From Paraspadella gotoi (Eukaryota; Animalia; Chaetognatha), in contig CM119265.1 of NCBI GenBank assembly GCA_051294375.1, forward strand, positions 24,735,605-24,799,604: DNA of 64,000 bases, in the 5' to 3' direction. Within the stretch, counting starts at the first letter, position 1; each line of letters opens with the position of its first letter. The notes under the pieces were generated by a model. That model searched no databases. It was given only the letters and a program-made list of their open reading frames with translations, and was not told the origin of the DNA. This document shows, piece after piece, positions 1-12,338 of the stretch. The position numbers and the translations under genes are program-made.

Positions 1-236
1 TCCTCGCTTCGTTTTCTCCAAATGGATTTTCGCGCGGAAAAATAAAGGGGAAAAATAAAGGAAAGAAAAGGGAAAATATTGCGACGAAGAGGAAAAGAAA
101 AGAAGGAAAGAGAAATATTAATGTTGGAGGAAAAAGAGGAAAAAGAGAAATGACGAGTGAAATTGAAAATAAAAAAAAAACGGAGGGTGAAAAAAATTGA
201 GTAGAGATGAAAGAAAATTGTGTGAAAAAAGAAAAA

Positions 237-612
237 GAAGATTGGTCTTTCCGATGAGTTGCGTCGCAGTGACTTTCTTTTCACGAGTATTTCCCTGTGA
301 TCACATGTCTATTGACTAGAGTTAACTAGAATTAGTATTAACTATTAACTTTCTTAGCCCGTGTATTTATGAAACGGACTTCATCGGAATTCCGTTTTTT
401 ATTCTTTATCGTTTTAGGATTTCCTGAAGTTGGCGCTAGCAGTCAGTTAAATTTGATATGTTTTCCTGTCTTAACAAATGAGCGAGTTATGAGCATTTTT
501 AACATAAATGGGACAGACTAACAGACAGACATACCGACCGACCGACTGACAGACAGACCGACCAAAAAGTAACTTATACAGTTGCTGCGCGAGTACTCGC
601 GACGCAACTAAA
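237..612 (-). mobile_element. Helentron/DINE-1-like non-autonomous element (HINE), copy A
   Basis: On the minus strand: TTTTTAGTTGCGTCGCGAGTACTCGCGCAGCAACT palindromic head, (GGTC/GTCT)n microsatellite, core GCTCATTTGTTAAGACAG..CTGCTAGCGCC..CTTCAGGAA, and a subterminal inverted repeat GCGACGCAACT near the 3' end. T-rich flanks. Confidence 0.7.
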
Positions 613-972
613 AAAAGGAAAATAAAGAGAAGTTAACCACCAATTTTAGTATTTTTCGAGAAACAAAGTGAATGCGGCGGTCGCACTTTCAATTTATATT
701 TTGCAGATGAATATATTTCGGTCGGCGATTTGAATAATTTTATAATTTGGGAGGGGCTCATGGTAATTCGTGCAATAATGTGGCAGAGACGAAGTTATTG
801 AATGATAAAGACTGACCCTAGAGATAATTATATCACTTGATTGATTTAAAAATTTACTTCAACATCACAGCAAATTTGTGAAAGCGTCGCAAATCCATGC
901 GTTGATTTTTTCCCCAATTTCGCGGTTGAAAATGTAATGAGTAACGCAAAGAAATCTCATGAATCAATGTGA

Positions 973-973
<1 letters not shown>

Positions 974-1067
<94 letters not shown>
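974..1067. repeat. (TTA)n microsatellite
   Basis: Direct reading; source of the poly-Leu ORF 959..1240. Confidence 0.98.
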
Positions 1068-1069
<2 letters not shown>

Positions 1070-1299
1070 TTGGAGGCTATCTCCGTGATATTTCGAGTCT
1101 CTCCTCTTAATCTATGGGCGCGTTATCGGAGTTTTTATGATGTCCTGGGGAAATCCAAGACATTAGAACTTTTTCGATATCAACGATGGAATCTTAACAG
1201 TTCTGGATGCAATATCCTTATTTGTAGGAAAATGTTGTAATTTTTGGGTGATCAATTGATGTCTGTGGATTAATACAAACATTTGTAGGGATTCTATAG

Positions 1300-1450
1300 A
1301 AATCAGAGTAGGAGATTTGTGGGGATTTTATAGAAATCTGTGGAGGAATCCAAAGATTTGTGGGTGTTCCATCTAAATCTGCGGAGGAATCCAAAGATTT
1401 GTGGGTGTTCCATCCAAATCTGTGGAGGAATCCCCGATTTCTGTGGTCGA
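1300..1450 (+). repeat. ~41-bp degenerate tandem repeat (ATCTGTGGAGGAATCCAAAGATTTGTGGGTGTTCCATC)
   Basis: Near-identical units at ~1336 and ~1377, a partial unit at ~1418, and degenerate flanks. Confidence 0.8.
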
Positions 1451-1529
1451 AGTCGAAGAGACGACGAATATTTATTTCCTCCTTCGTCGAGTCCTTCGAC
1501 CCGACATCCTTCTCTCCATCACTTTGCCC

Positions 1530-1561
<32 letters not shown>

Positions 1562-2091
1562 GGCTCCTAGTCCTCAATACCTCTCTCTCCTCCTGCTTCT
1601 CCAATGTCTCTCGTTCTCTTCCTGTAGAATATCTCTCTTCTCTCTCCCAATTACTCACACATCTTCTCTCATCTCTATTCACTTGTGTCTATAAATATCT
1701 CTCTCGACGGCGAAGAGAATTTGGCTCAAAGTTGCTTCGATTTATGGATATTCGTCTGAGTCGGGGGATTTAGCGTGGCAGTTTACGTAGCAGTTGCGTG
1801 GCGTTGGCGTGGCGGTGGCGTTGCAATGGCTTGGTGGTGGCGTGGAGGTGGAGGGGCAATGCCTGGCAGTAACGTGGTATTTGCGAGAGGCATAATTATT
1901 AATTAATCAATGTCAAACATACATAAGCAATTTTCCTGATTCCCTCGTTTGATACGTATAAAATATTTTTATTGACTCGTTCAAAAACTTGGCAATTTTT
2001 TTCTTGTCTTTTTTTTTTGAATGCCATTTGGCAACAAATTTTGATTGGCAACCTTCGACTATCATCACCAGAAAGCGTCTTGGCGAAGTAA

Positions 2092-2436
2092 TTTTTAGTT
2101 GCGTCCGGAATACTCGTGGGCCAAGTAAACTTTCGGTCGGTCTGTCAGTCTTCTTTTTATCGGTTTATCTTAATCATAATTGGATTTCATAGCTCCAGTA
2201 ATAGTAAATTAAATAATATAATAATAACAATAAGGAAGGTGGTGAATGTATGTATTATGTATTAATGTGCATGTGCTTTATCTTTTTATATTTTATATTT
2301 ATTCAGTTATAAAATTATTTTTTTTAAAAACTATAAATTTAATGGGCCAAGTAATTCCAATTATTTTACAGTCATGTGACGTGTTGACATTTTAAAGTCA
2401 CTGCGACGCAACTCTTTCAACTTGCAGGAATCTTCT
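2092..2436 (+). mobile_element. HINE-like element, copy B (diverged)
   Basis: TTTTTAGTTGCGTCC..TACTCG head, CTTTCGGTCGGTCTGTC microsatellite and 3' AAGTCACTGCGACGCAACT subterminal inverted repeat. The interior is diverged. Confidence 0.55.
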
Positions 2437-2989
2437 CTCTCCTGCGTCGGAGGCCAAAGATGCGAAATTGGTTGGCGCTAAAATTCAGTTTCCTCGCGAC
2501 AAAAACGACGACTTTCATCTCATTCATTGCGTCGCAAATTCTTGTTTATTGAGGTGCGACACCCGAGGAAAAGGAGGAAAGGCGAGAGGAGGTAGAGAAG
2601 GAAAATGGAGGAAAAGGAAAGAAAGAAATGGAGGAAGGAAAGAAGGGAGATTTGGAGGAGGAGGAAGAGAAAAGAAAGAAATTGAGGAAGGAAAGAAGGG
2701 AGATTTGGAGGAGGAGGAAAAGAAAAGGAGGAAAGAAGAAAAGAGAAGAGGGAGTGAAAGGAAAGAAGGAAGAGAAAAAAAGGGGAGGAAAATGAAAGGA
2801 GAAAAGAGAGGGAAAAAATTAAAGGGAATGTGGGAAAAGTAAAAGAGAGGAAAGGAAAGGAGAAAAGTAGGAAAGGGAGGAAGGAGAAAAGAAGAAGAGA
2901 ATAAGAGAAAATCTAAGAGGAAAAAAATAGAAAAGGATGAAAGAGAAAATAATATGAAAAGGGACATGATGAAAAAAATGTGGGAATCA

Positions 2990-3085
<96 letters not shown>

Positions 3086-3383
3086 AAAAAAAAAAGAAAG
3101 GGGAAAAATAATATGTTACATATACACATTTCCTAAAAACCATTAAACATTTTCAATCATGTTTTTTATTTAGAATATTCGAAGATAAAATATCTAATCT
3201 TCAATATTAAATTTTCGAAATATTTAATATTTAATATTCTACGTTAAATATTTAATCGTGAAATCGTTTTTTCCTTTTCCAATTTTTTTCTCCCATAAAA
3301 ATCGCGAGAGATGAATTTTTACGTCGAGGAAAAGAAAAATTGTTTTTTTCAAACAAAAGACGACGAAAGACAAAAGGATTATA

Positions 3384-3520
3384 AGGAAACGGCAGATGGC
3401 GCTGGGAAGGACTACAGATGGCGCGGGAAAGGACTACAGATGGCGCGGGGAAGGCCCACAGAAAGTTCGGTGAAGGACTTCAGATGGCGCGGGGAAGGAC
3501 TACAAAAGGCGCTTCAGATG
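3384..3520 (+). repeat. 22-bp minisatellite (GGACTACAGATGGCGCGGGGAA), ~6 units
   Basis: CAGATGGCGC at 3393, 3415, 3437 and 3481, with degenerate units at ~3459 and ~3503. Confidence 0.85.
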
Positions 3521-3665
3521 TGCTGCAGAGGATATGTGCCTTTACTTTCTGTTATTCATACTTACTTACTTAAGTTTTCGAATAAGTATTTACTTATTAT
3601 TCTCTCTTTCTTTAGACCCCTTTCATTTTTCTTTCTTTCTTTTTTTCTTTCATTCATTCAATCAT

Positions 3666-3760
<95 letters not shown>

Positions 3761-3948
3761 CTATTTCTTGAGCGTGACTGACTGTGAGAGTAAAAGACAG
3801 AGTGACTAAAATATAGGGAATATAAAATTATGAGTGAGAAGAAGAGGATTTGTGATAATGGGATCGACGGGGTCGCGTATCTGGGTGAAAGAAAATGACG
3901 AGAGAGAAGGAGAGAGATGAGATGACGAGAGAGATGAGAGAAGAGAGA

Positions 3949-3999
<51 letters not shown>

Positions 4000-4153
4000 G
4001 TTATTAAGAAAATATTAGGAAAGTAGTTCAAATTTGTTATAGATGAAATAAAAAAGATGAAAGAAAAAAAATAACGAGAAATTAATTAATCAAAAATATG
4101 ATCGTGATTCGGGCGGAAGTTGACACAGAACGACGAAGAAAGTATATATAAAA

Positions 4154-4233
<80 letters not shown>

Positions 4234-4317
4234 GGAAACGAAAAAAAACTAACCAAGAAGTAAACAAACAAACTCTAAGAAACCCGAACTCGGGAAGTAA
4301 ACATGAAAAAAAAAACA

Positions 4318-4410
4318 CTAAAAATAAGGGAAAAAACGGAAAAAAGAAAATGAGTTATTCTTTCCTCCGGAGGTAAGTCGGGTACACGAGTTATGAGGTG
4401 AGTTAATGAG
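4318..4410 (-). CDS. Tentative terminal exon of the unknown gene
   Basis: Polypyrimidine tract plus TTTCAG acceptor, then a phase-0 frame LINSPHNSCTRLTSGGKNNSFSFFRFFPYF*. Short and homopolymer-rich, so weak. Confidence 0.25.
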   Translation of the reverse strand, partial: LINSPHNSCTRLTSGGKNNSFSFFRFFPYF

Positions 4411-5008
4411 CTGAAATAAGGCGAAGGAGAAAAAAAACTGACTCCAGGACTGAAAAATTCCTCCGACGCAGTTAGCAGATTTAATTTAAGCCGAGTGAGT
4501 TAGTGAGAGAGAGAGAGAGGAGAGAGAGAAGGAGAGAGTGAGATCGATAATGAGAGAGACGTGAGAGGAGAGAGAGAGGAGACGAGAGAGAGTGAGAGAG
4601 AGACAGCGAGAGTGAGAGAGAGGGGAGAGCGAGATGAGATGAAGGGAGACGTGAAAGATAGAAAAAAGCTGGAAAAAAAAGAGGAGAAATCTATGAAGCG
4701 TAAAGCGAGAGATTTAAGAGAAGAGGTAAATACTGTAAGTTTAAATTATATTAATACTGTAAGTCTAAATTAAATCAATATTAATATTAATTAAATTATA
4801 TTAATATTGTAAGTTTAAATAGGAGGAAAAGAAAGAAAGTTAACAGTTGGATGGGAAGACAAAAGAGTGATGAAAGGAAAAAGTTGAAAGAGAAGAAAAC
4901 AAAACAGAAAAAAAACGAAGTGAACGAAAAGAATTTTTGCATATTTTTAATAAATGGGAACAATAGGCTTCTTTTCAAATCTTTGCTATTTTAAAAAGAG
5001 AGAGCGAG

Positions 5009-5096
<88 letters not shown>

Positions 5097-5126
5097 TAGC
5101 CCGACAGAGTCAATATCGAGTCTTAC

Positions 5127-5284
5127 GAAATCGGAATTCCGATTTCCCTTTTGTTTGTTCGTCGAATCTGGTTTGCGTTTCTCTCCTGCGGCGGAGCTAC
5201 GGTCGCTAAGGAGCCTCGAAGTTGAAGAACGATGCTCTTTTGTTGTCGAGAAAGTCGTAATTTTTAAAAGTTGGTTTACTTTTT
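5127..5284 (-). CDS. Probable next exon of the same unknown gene
   Basis: Acceptor TTCTCTTGATATTCGTAG| and donor TTC|GTAAGA. The 158 nt are open in phase 1 (EKVNQLLKITTFSTTKEHRSSTSRLLSDRSSAAGEKRKPDSTNKQKGNRNSDF), matching the phase-1 donor at 5829. Confidence 0.5.
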
Positions 5285-5707
5285 CTACGAATATCAAGAG
5301 AAACGAAGGTAAATAGGAAAAAGGAAAGAAGGAAGAAATAGGAAGGATAGATAGAATAGAAAGGAAGGTATGAAGAAGAGTTACGCGAATGTATAATTAA
5401 CAAAGCTAAGTTTAACTCGTACAGAAGCGACGCGATTATTATATTATACTTTTTTAACCAAATTAGCGATTGGAGAATTTCAAAGTTTATTTTCCTTTCC
5501 AAAAAGAAGAAAGAAAAGTTTATTCTTCATTTTCCGATTCAAAGTCAGAAATTTCTTTATCTTTTTTAACCAAATTTTTCTTCTTTTTTTTTCCTTTTTC
5601 CTTTTCAAATCTTGTTTCTCCCTTTTTCGACTTTTTTCGCGGTTTCGTCAAAAACGAATGTTTTGTTTTGATTTTCTTTTGATTTTTTCTTCGGCCTCAT
5701 CGAAGTC

Positions 5708-5818
<111 letters not shown>

Positions 5819-5829
5819 GTCAAACCTAC

Positions 5830-6843
5830 CTGAGTCCGTGACGGGGCAGAGTAGTCCGAGAGCGAGGGTAAGTCCAAGCAGAACGCTGGCCGCCGCTGGC
5901 CGCGACGCCCGCTGCCGCTGACTCGACGCGGAGCAGCGAAAAAGCTGCTGTCGCCGGCGCGAGACGCTAAAATCCCGATGATCCGCGAAGAATTTTCTCG
6001 AAGACGGACCCGGCTCGTTTTCAAACTTCTCGCTGCGTCGTATCCTCGAAACCACGCTACGCTTTTCGATGGTCACGCTGCGCTGGTCAAAGGTCATTGA
6101 TGGCGCCGGTGTCTCGTGGCGTCTCTCATCGGATTCGACATTTCGATCATCGCGTTCGTTTTGGAATGAAGGAGTCATGGACTCGATACCGGAAATGGTC
6201 TTTGACCCGACGCTTGACCTGGTCACAGAGTCGTGGTTGAGAGAGACCGTACAATGGACAGTCGCGCCAAGACGAGACGTTGTAGCCGCGTAGTCGCATG
6301 ACTCATTGTTTGACTCGGTCGTTGCGCCAATCCGTGACGCGGTCGATGACGCAACCGTTACGCCAAATCGACGCTTAAATCCGTCACCTTCTCCGCCTCC
6401 CTCTTTCCCCTTACGCCCTCTTCGTCCCTTTCTCTCGCGCAATGATTTTCCTTTTGTTTTCTTCGCCTCATTTCCGGTCACGTGACGTAATTCGATTCGC
6501 CAAACAATCTGGCCGAGTCGCCGCCTCTGTTTCCTCGGGTCCGACCGCCTTTGTTTTCCATGTTTCTTCGTCCTCCTTGGTTTTCTCGGGTCCGACCGCC
6601 TCTGTTTTCTCAACTTCAATCTCCTACTCAATCTTTCTCCGAGATTGAGCCCGCTGGGCTTGAACGACTCGACTGGGTTTTCCTCGAGGACCGACGGGTT
6701 GGGCTTTCTCGTTTGGGTTGGCCTTTCCCTCCGTTCGGTCGGCCGAGTCTCTCTCGATTCTTCCCGTTGAGATTTCGAGGTTCGTTCGCTCGCCTCCTTA
6801 AGATTCCAAAGACCTTGTTCCCTGGTCCCCGCTGTTTTTACAT

Positions 6844-6882
<39 letters not shown>

Positions 6883-8262
6883 TCGTCGAGGAACAGAAGT
6901 CAAAATCAAGTCGAAAATCCTTCCAAACGGAAGAAACCGACGAAGACGAGAAAGAAACATATGGCGCCCACCGAGAGACAGATGTCGCTGAATCGGTGAC
7001 AGATGGCGTTGCGGTGGAGACAGATGGCGTATCCGCGGCGACAGATTGTGTTGCCATAGAGACAGATGGCGTTGCCGTTGCGACGGATGCGTTGGCGACA
7101 GATGGTATCTCATAGGCTACAGACGGAATCGCCGAGGCAAGTGATGGCAACGAAGAAACCATTTCGTTGACGTGACGGGCGACAGATGACGATGCAGATG
7201 TCGCTGTCCAAGCAGCAGATGGTAATCCGATAATAGAAGATTTGTCGAGATTCCGAGCGAGAGACGGCGCCGCTGCCGCCGCAGCAGCATCCTGCCGCGG
7301 CTCCGCAGCGGAAGCGCTCAAGCGAAAATCGTCCTCCAAAATNNNNNNNNNNNNNNNNNNNNNNNNNNNNNNNNNNNNNNNNNNNNNNNNNNNNNNNNNN
7401 NNNNNNNNNNNNNNNNNNNNNNNNNNNNNNNNNNNNNNNNNNNNNNNNNNNNNNNNNNNNNNNNNNNNNNNNNNNNNNNNNNNNNNNNNNNNNNNNNNNN
7501 NNNNNNNNNNNNNNNNNNNNNNNNNNNNNNNNNNNNNNNNNNNNNNNNNNNNNNNNNNNNNNNNNNNNNNNNNNNNNNNNNNNNNNNNNNNNNNNNNNNN
7601 NNNNNNNNNNNNNNNNNNNNNNNNNNNNNNNNNNNNNNNNNNNNNNNNNNNNNNNNNNNNNNNNNNNNNNNNNNNNNNNNNNNNNNNNNNNNNNNNNNNN
7701 NNNNNNNNNNNNNNNNNNNNNNNNNNNNNNNNNNNNNNNNNNNNNNNNNNNNNNNNNNNNNNNNNNNNNNNNNNNNNNNNNNNNNNNNNNNNNNNNNNNN
7801 NNNNNNNNNNNNNNNNNNNNNNNNNNNNNNNNNNNNTCGACGACCGGCGTCCCCGTCCGACGATAAATTCGGCGCGGAATAGAAATCGGCGTCGCCCTCC
7901 CTCGGCCACGGCGCCATCTCTCGACGACGGCGCCAATTTTGAGTTCTTTTACATCCGGGAATTCGACGCCGGAATTTCCCGGCGTCGCGAACGTTTCGTC
8001 TCTGTGCGGCGCCAAAGGATGGAATTTCGGAGGCGGCGCCGCGAGAATTACGCGGAAAGACGCCGCCGCGCCGTTTCCATGGAGATTTCTTCGAGACGCG
8101 CATTTTGACAGAAAATCCCGCGATTCTCTCAGAGGCGCGGACGACGCCGCTACGCCCATAACAACGACGGCGACGACGACGATGACGAAGATGAAGACGA
8201 CGACGATGACGACGACGATGCGGTTGAAGATGGAGACGAAAAGACGAAAAGAGTCATAGCGT
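5830..8262 (-). CDS. Large probable coding exon of an unknown low-complexity protein (Ser/Thr/Pro-rich repeats, Arg/Lys-rich tract, two hydrophobic segments)
   Basis: Stop-free GC-rich frame of ~500 aa from 7342 to 5830, ending at a strong donor (TCAG|GTAGGT, phase 1). An open frame is also present on the far side of the N gap (IVVVIVVVFIFVIVVVAVVVMGVAA...) after a candidate acceptor CGACAG at ~8263. Continuity across the gap is inferred from the noisy duplicate at ~14040-14400. No domain recognised. Confidence 0.55.
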
Positions 8263-9308
8263 CTGTCGTTGATTTATCGAAAATCCAGTCGGGAATTTGA
8301 AATTCCGAGAAGAAGAAGAAAAAAAAGAGGGAAAAAAATGAGGAAATAAAGATTTTTTTTAAAATTAAAAAAAAAACTCCTCTTGGGTTTTTGAGTTTCT
8401 TTTCCTCGAAAGAGAAGAAAAATGGGGAAGAGGAATCGCGAAATGGCATCAAGGATGGAATCCCGGGAGTGGAATCGGAGTGGAATCGGGGAGTGGAATC
8501 CTGGTGGAAGTCATGGGAAAGTCATGGTGGATTCTTGATGAGACATTGGGGGAATCTGGTTTCCTTTTATTCCTTATCTTTTTATCGGAGGGAGAAATCG
8601 TTGTTCGGATCTGGAGAAAAATATGGAGAAAGCATTGATTAAACTTATGCACTATGCGAATTATATCGATCAATATTTTTTTATTAACACTGTAACTCAA
8701 AAGCGAAGTAGGCAGAAGTTAAAGATGAGTTTCTCATTAATGATTTCCCAACAGAAATTATGTACGATGATATCAATTAGAAAACTAGAGCAGAAGGAAA
8801 TCTAACCTTGTGTTGTGTGGATGCTCCCTTTATTTCCAAAAGACAACACTTACGTCCCGATCCCAATATTTTGATGCAAGCAAAAGAAAAATTATTAGAA
8901 ACAAAATAAATAAAATCATGAATCATGAATATTTATAAAAAAAAACAACTATAGATAGTGAAACAAGTAATTCTGCAATTTTCACATATGTTTTGTTGAT
9001 CACTGTCAATTGACAGTTTGTTTTCCGTAATTATGATTGATTGATTACGATTGATTACGATTAATCTATTTCAATTTAGAATTATAAAATTTTAAATTCC
9101 AATTCCCTCAACTTCGACTCATCGAAACCGGGTTTAGGTCCCGTTTACTCTTCGGTCGTTCGTCTCCATGGCAACCGACGCCCCACGATTCCTTCCCAGC
9201 AACAAAAGCGACTAATGACTTTAGTTCAATTAATTTAGATTTTTCTTTTCTTTTTTTTTNNNNNNNNNNNNNNNNNNNNNNNNNNNNNNNNNNNNNNNNN
9301 TTATCCTA

Positions 9309-9507
9309 TTTTTTTAGATGCGCCACGAGTACTCGCGGAGTAACTCTATTAGTCACTTTTCGGTCGGTCTGTCGGTCGGTATGTCCGTCCGTTGGTCTAT
9401 CCAACTTAAGTTAAAAATGCATATAATTTGACCATAGTTGGTTGCTCATTTGTTAAGACAGAAAGAACCTCAAATCTAAGAGACTGCTAGCGCCGCCTTC
9501 AGGAAAA
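9309..9507 (+). mobile_element. HINE-like element, copy C (5' half, cut at the duplication junction)
   Basis: TTTTTAGATGCGCCACGAGTACTCGCGGAGTAACT head, CGGTCGGTCTGTC tract and core to CGCCGCCTTCAGGAA. Confidence 0.65.
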
Positions 9508-9956
9508 TCATGTTTATTCGAGAATATTCGAAGATAAAATATCTAATCTTCACATATTAAATTTTTCGGAAAATATTTTAATATTAATATTCACGTTAAA
9601 TATTTACATCGTTGAAATCGTTTTTTCCTTTCCAATTTTTTTCTCCCATAAAAATCGCGAGAGATGATTTTACGTCGAGGAAAAGAAAAAATTGTTTTTT
9701 CAAACAAAAAGAGCGACGAAAGACAAAAGGATTATAAGGAAACGGCCAGATGGCGCTGGAAGGACTACAGATGGCGCGGGGAAAGTTACTACAAAAGGCG
9801 CTTCAGATAGTGGTCGGATGTGCTGCAGAGGATATGTGCCCATTATATAACAGTGTACTCTTCTGTTATTCATACTTACTTACTTAAGTTTTTTCGAATA
9901 ATTATTTACTTATTATTCTCTCTTTCTTTTAGACCCCTTTCATTTTTTTTTTTTCT

Positions 9957-9992
<36 letters not shown>

Positions 9993-11419
9993 TCCTTTCT
10001 TTCTTTCTTTCTTTCTTTTTCTTTCTCTATTCTTGAGCGTGACTGACTGTGAGAGTAAAAAGACAGAGTTACTAAAATATAGGAATAATAAAATTATGAG
10101 TGAGAAGAAGAGCGACTTTGTGATAATGGGATCGACGGGGTCGCGTATCTGGGTGAAAGAAAATGAGAGTAGAGAGATGAGAGAGGAGAGCAGAGGACGA
10201 GAGAGAAGAGAAAAAAGAGAAGAGAGAGCAAAAGAGAAAGAGAGAAAAAGAAGAGAGAGAGAGAGAGAAAGAGGAGAGAGAGACAGTATATTAAGGTAAT
10301 TAAGGGAAGATAGAGATTCAATATATAGTTAGAGCTGATAAGATGAGAAGATACAAGAGAGAAAAATATATAAATACAATAATAATATAATATAATAATT
10401 CGGAGAGAGAAGAAATGACACCAGAACAGACAGAAAAAAGTAATATATAAGAAATATAGAAAGAAAGAAAAGAGGAAAAAGAAGAAAGAAGAAAGAGAGA
10501 GAAAAAAGATAAAGGAAGAAGAACCACACACAAAAGCAAAGCACAACAAACCACAAACAAGAAAGAAAGAAAAGAGGAAACGCAAACAAAAACTAACCAA
10601 GAAAAGTAAACAAAACAAAACTCTAAGAAACGAACTCGGAAGTAAACATGAAAAAAAAAACACTAAAAATTAACGGGCGAAAAAAAAACGGAAAAAAAGA
10701 AAATGAGTTGTTCTTTCCTCCGCGAGGTGAGGTCGGGTACACGAGTTATGAGCGTGCGCATGAGTTAATGCAGCTGAGAATAAGGCGAAGCGCAGAAAAA
10801 AAAACTGACTCCAGGACTGAAAAAATTCCTTCCGACGCAGTTAGCAGAAATTGTATTTAAGCCCGAGTGACTATGTTAGTGATGAGGAGAGAGAGAGAGA
10901 GACGAGAGAGGAGAGAGAGAGAGAGCAGAGAGAGAGCAGGAGAGAGAGAGAGAAGACGAGAGAGAGAGAAAGAGCAGAGGAGAGAGAAGACTGAGAGAGG
11001 AAGAGAGAGGAGACAGAGGAGAGAGAGAGAGAGAGAGAGTGAAAGAAAAGTGCGAAAAAGAGGGAAATCTATGAAAGCGTAAAGCGACGAGATTTAAAGA
11101 GAAGAGGTAAATACTGTTAAGTTTTAAATTATTCATTAATACTGGTAAGTCTGAATTAAATCAATATTAATAATTAATTTACACATTATATTAATATTGT
11201 AAGTTTTACAATAGGAGCGAAATAGAATAGAAAGTTACAGCTCTGGATGTGGAAGACAAAAGAGTGTTGAAAAGTAAAAAGTTGAAAAGAGAAGAAAACA
11301 AATCAGAAAAAAAACGAAGGAGAACGAACAGCAAATTTTGCATTATTTTATATAATGGAACCAATAGGCTATCTTTTCAAATCTTTGCTATTTTTAAAAG
11401 AGAGAGAGAGCGAGAGGAG

Positions 11420-11453
<34 letters not shown>

Positions 11454-12266
11454 GGGAGAGAAAGAGATGAGAGAGAGAGAGAGAGATGAGAGAGAGAGAG
11501 ACGAGATGGAGATGAGAGAGAAAGAGAAATTAGGCCCGACAGAGATACAATATCGAGTCTTACGAAATCGGAATTCCGATTTCCCTTTTGGTTTGTTCGC
11601 TCCGAATCTGGTTTTGCGTTCTCTCCTGCGGCGGAGCCTACCGGATATCTTGCTTAATTTGACTTACTGTATTTGTCAGACGTGCTCTTATTTCTTTCGA
11701 GAATTATTTTTAGAAATAGTGGACTTACCTTTTATTCTCGCAAGGTAGCATCGAAGTGAGAAACGATAGCTACTGTGAGTGAGAAAAAAGAATCTGGTAA
11801 GTTTAAAAATATGGTTACTTTTTACGAATTCAGAGATAACGTAAGGTAAAGCGAAAAGAGGAGAATAGAGGTATGAGTAGAAAGGACGTTAGAAGAGTTA
11901 CGCGAAATGTATTAATCTTCAACGAAAGCTAAGTTTAACTCGTTACAGAAGCGACCCGAATTATATATTATATCTTTTTTAAACGCAAATTAGCGATTGG
12001 AGAATTTCAAAGTTTATTTTCCTTTCCAAAAGAAGAAAGAAAAGTTTATTCTTCATTTCCGATTTCAAAGCAGAAATTTCTTTTATCTTTTTTAACCACT
12101 ATTTTCTTCTTTTTTTTTCTCCTTATTTTTCCTTTTCAAAATCTATATTGTCTTCCTTTCGATCTATTTTTACAGCGGGTTTCGTTCAAATAACCGTACA
12201 TGTTTTTGTTTTTGATTTTCTTTTGATTTTTTCTTCGGCCTCATCGAAGTCAGCTCTCTCTCTCTC

Positions 12267-12338
<72 letters not shown>

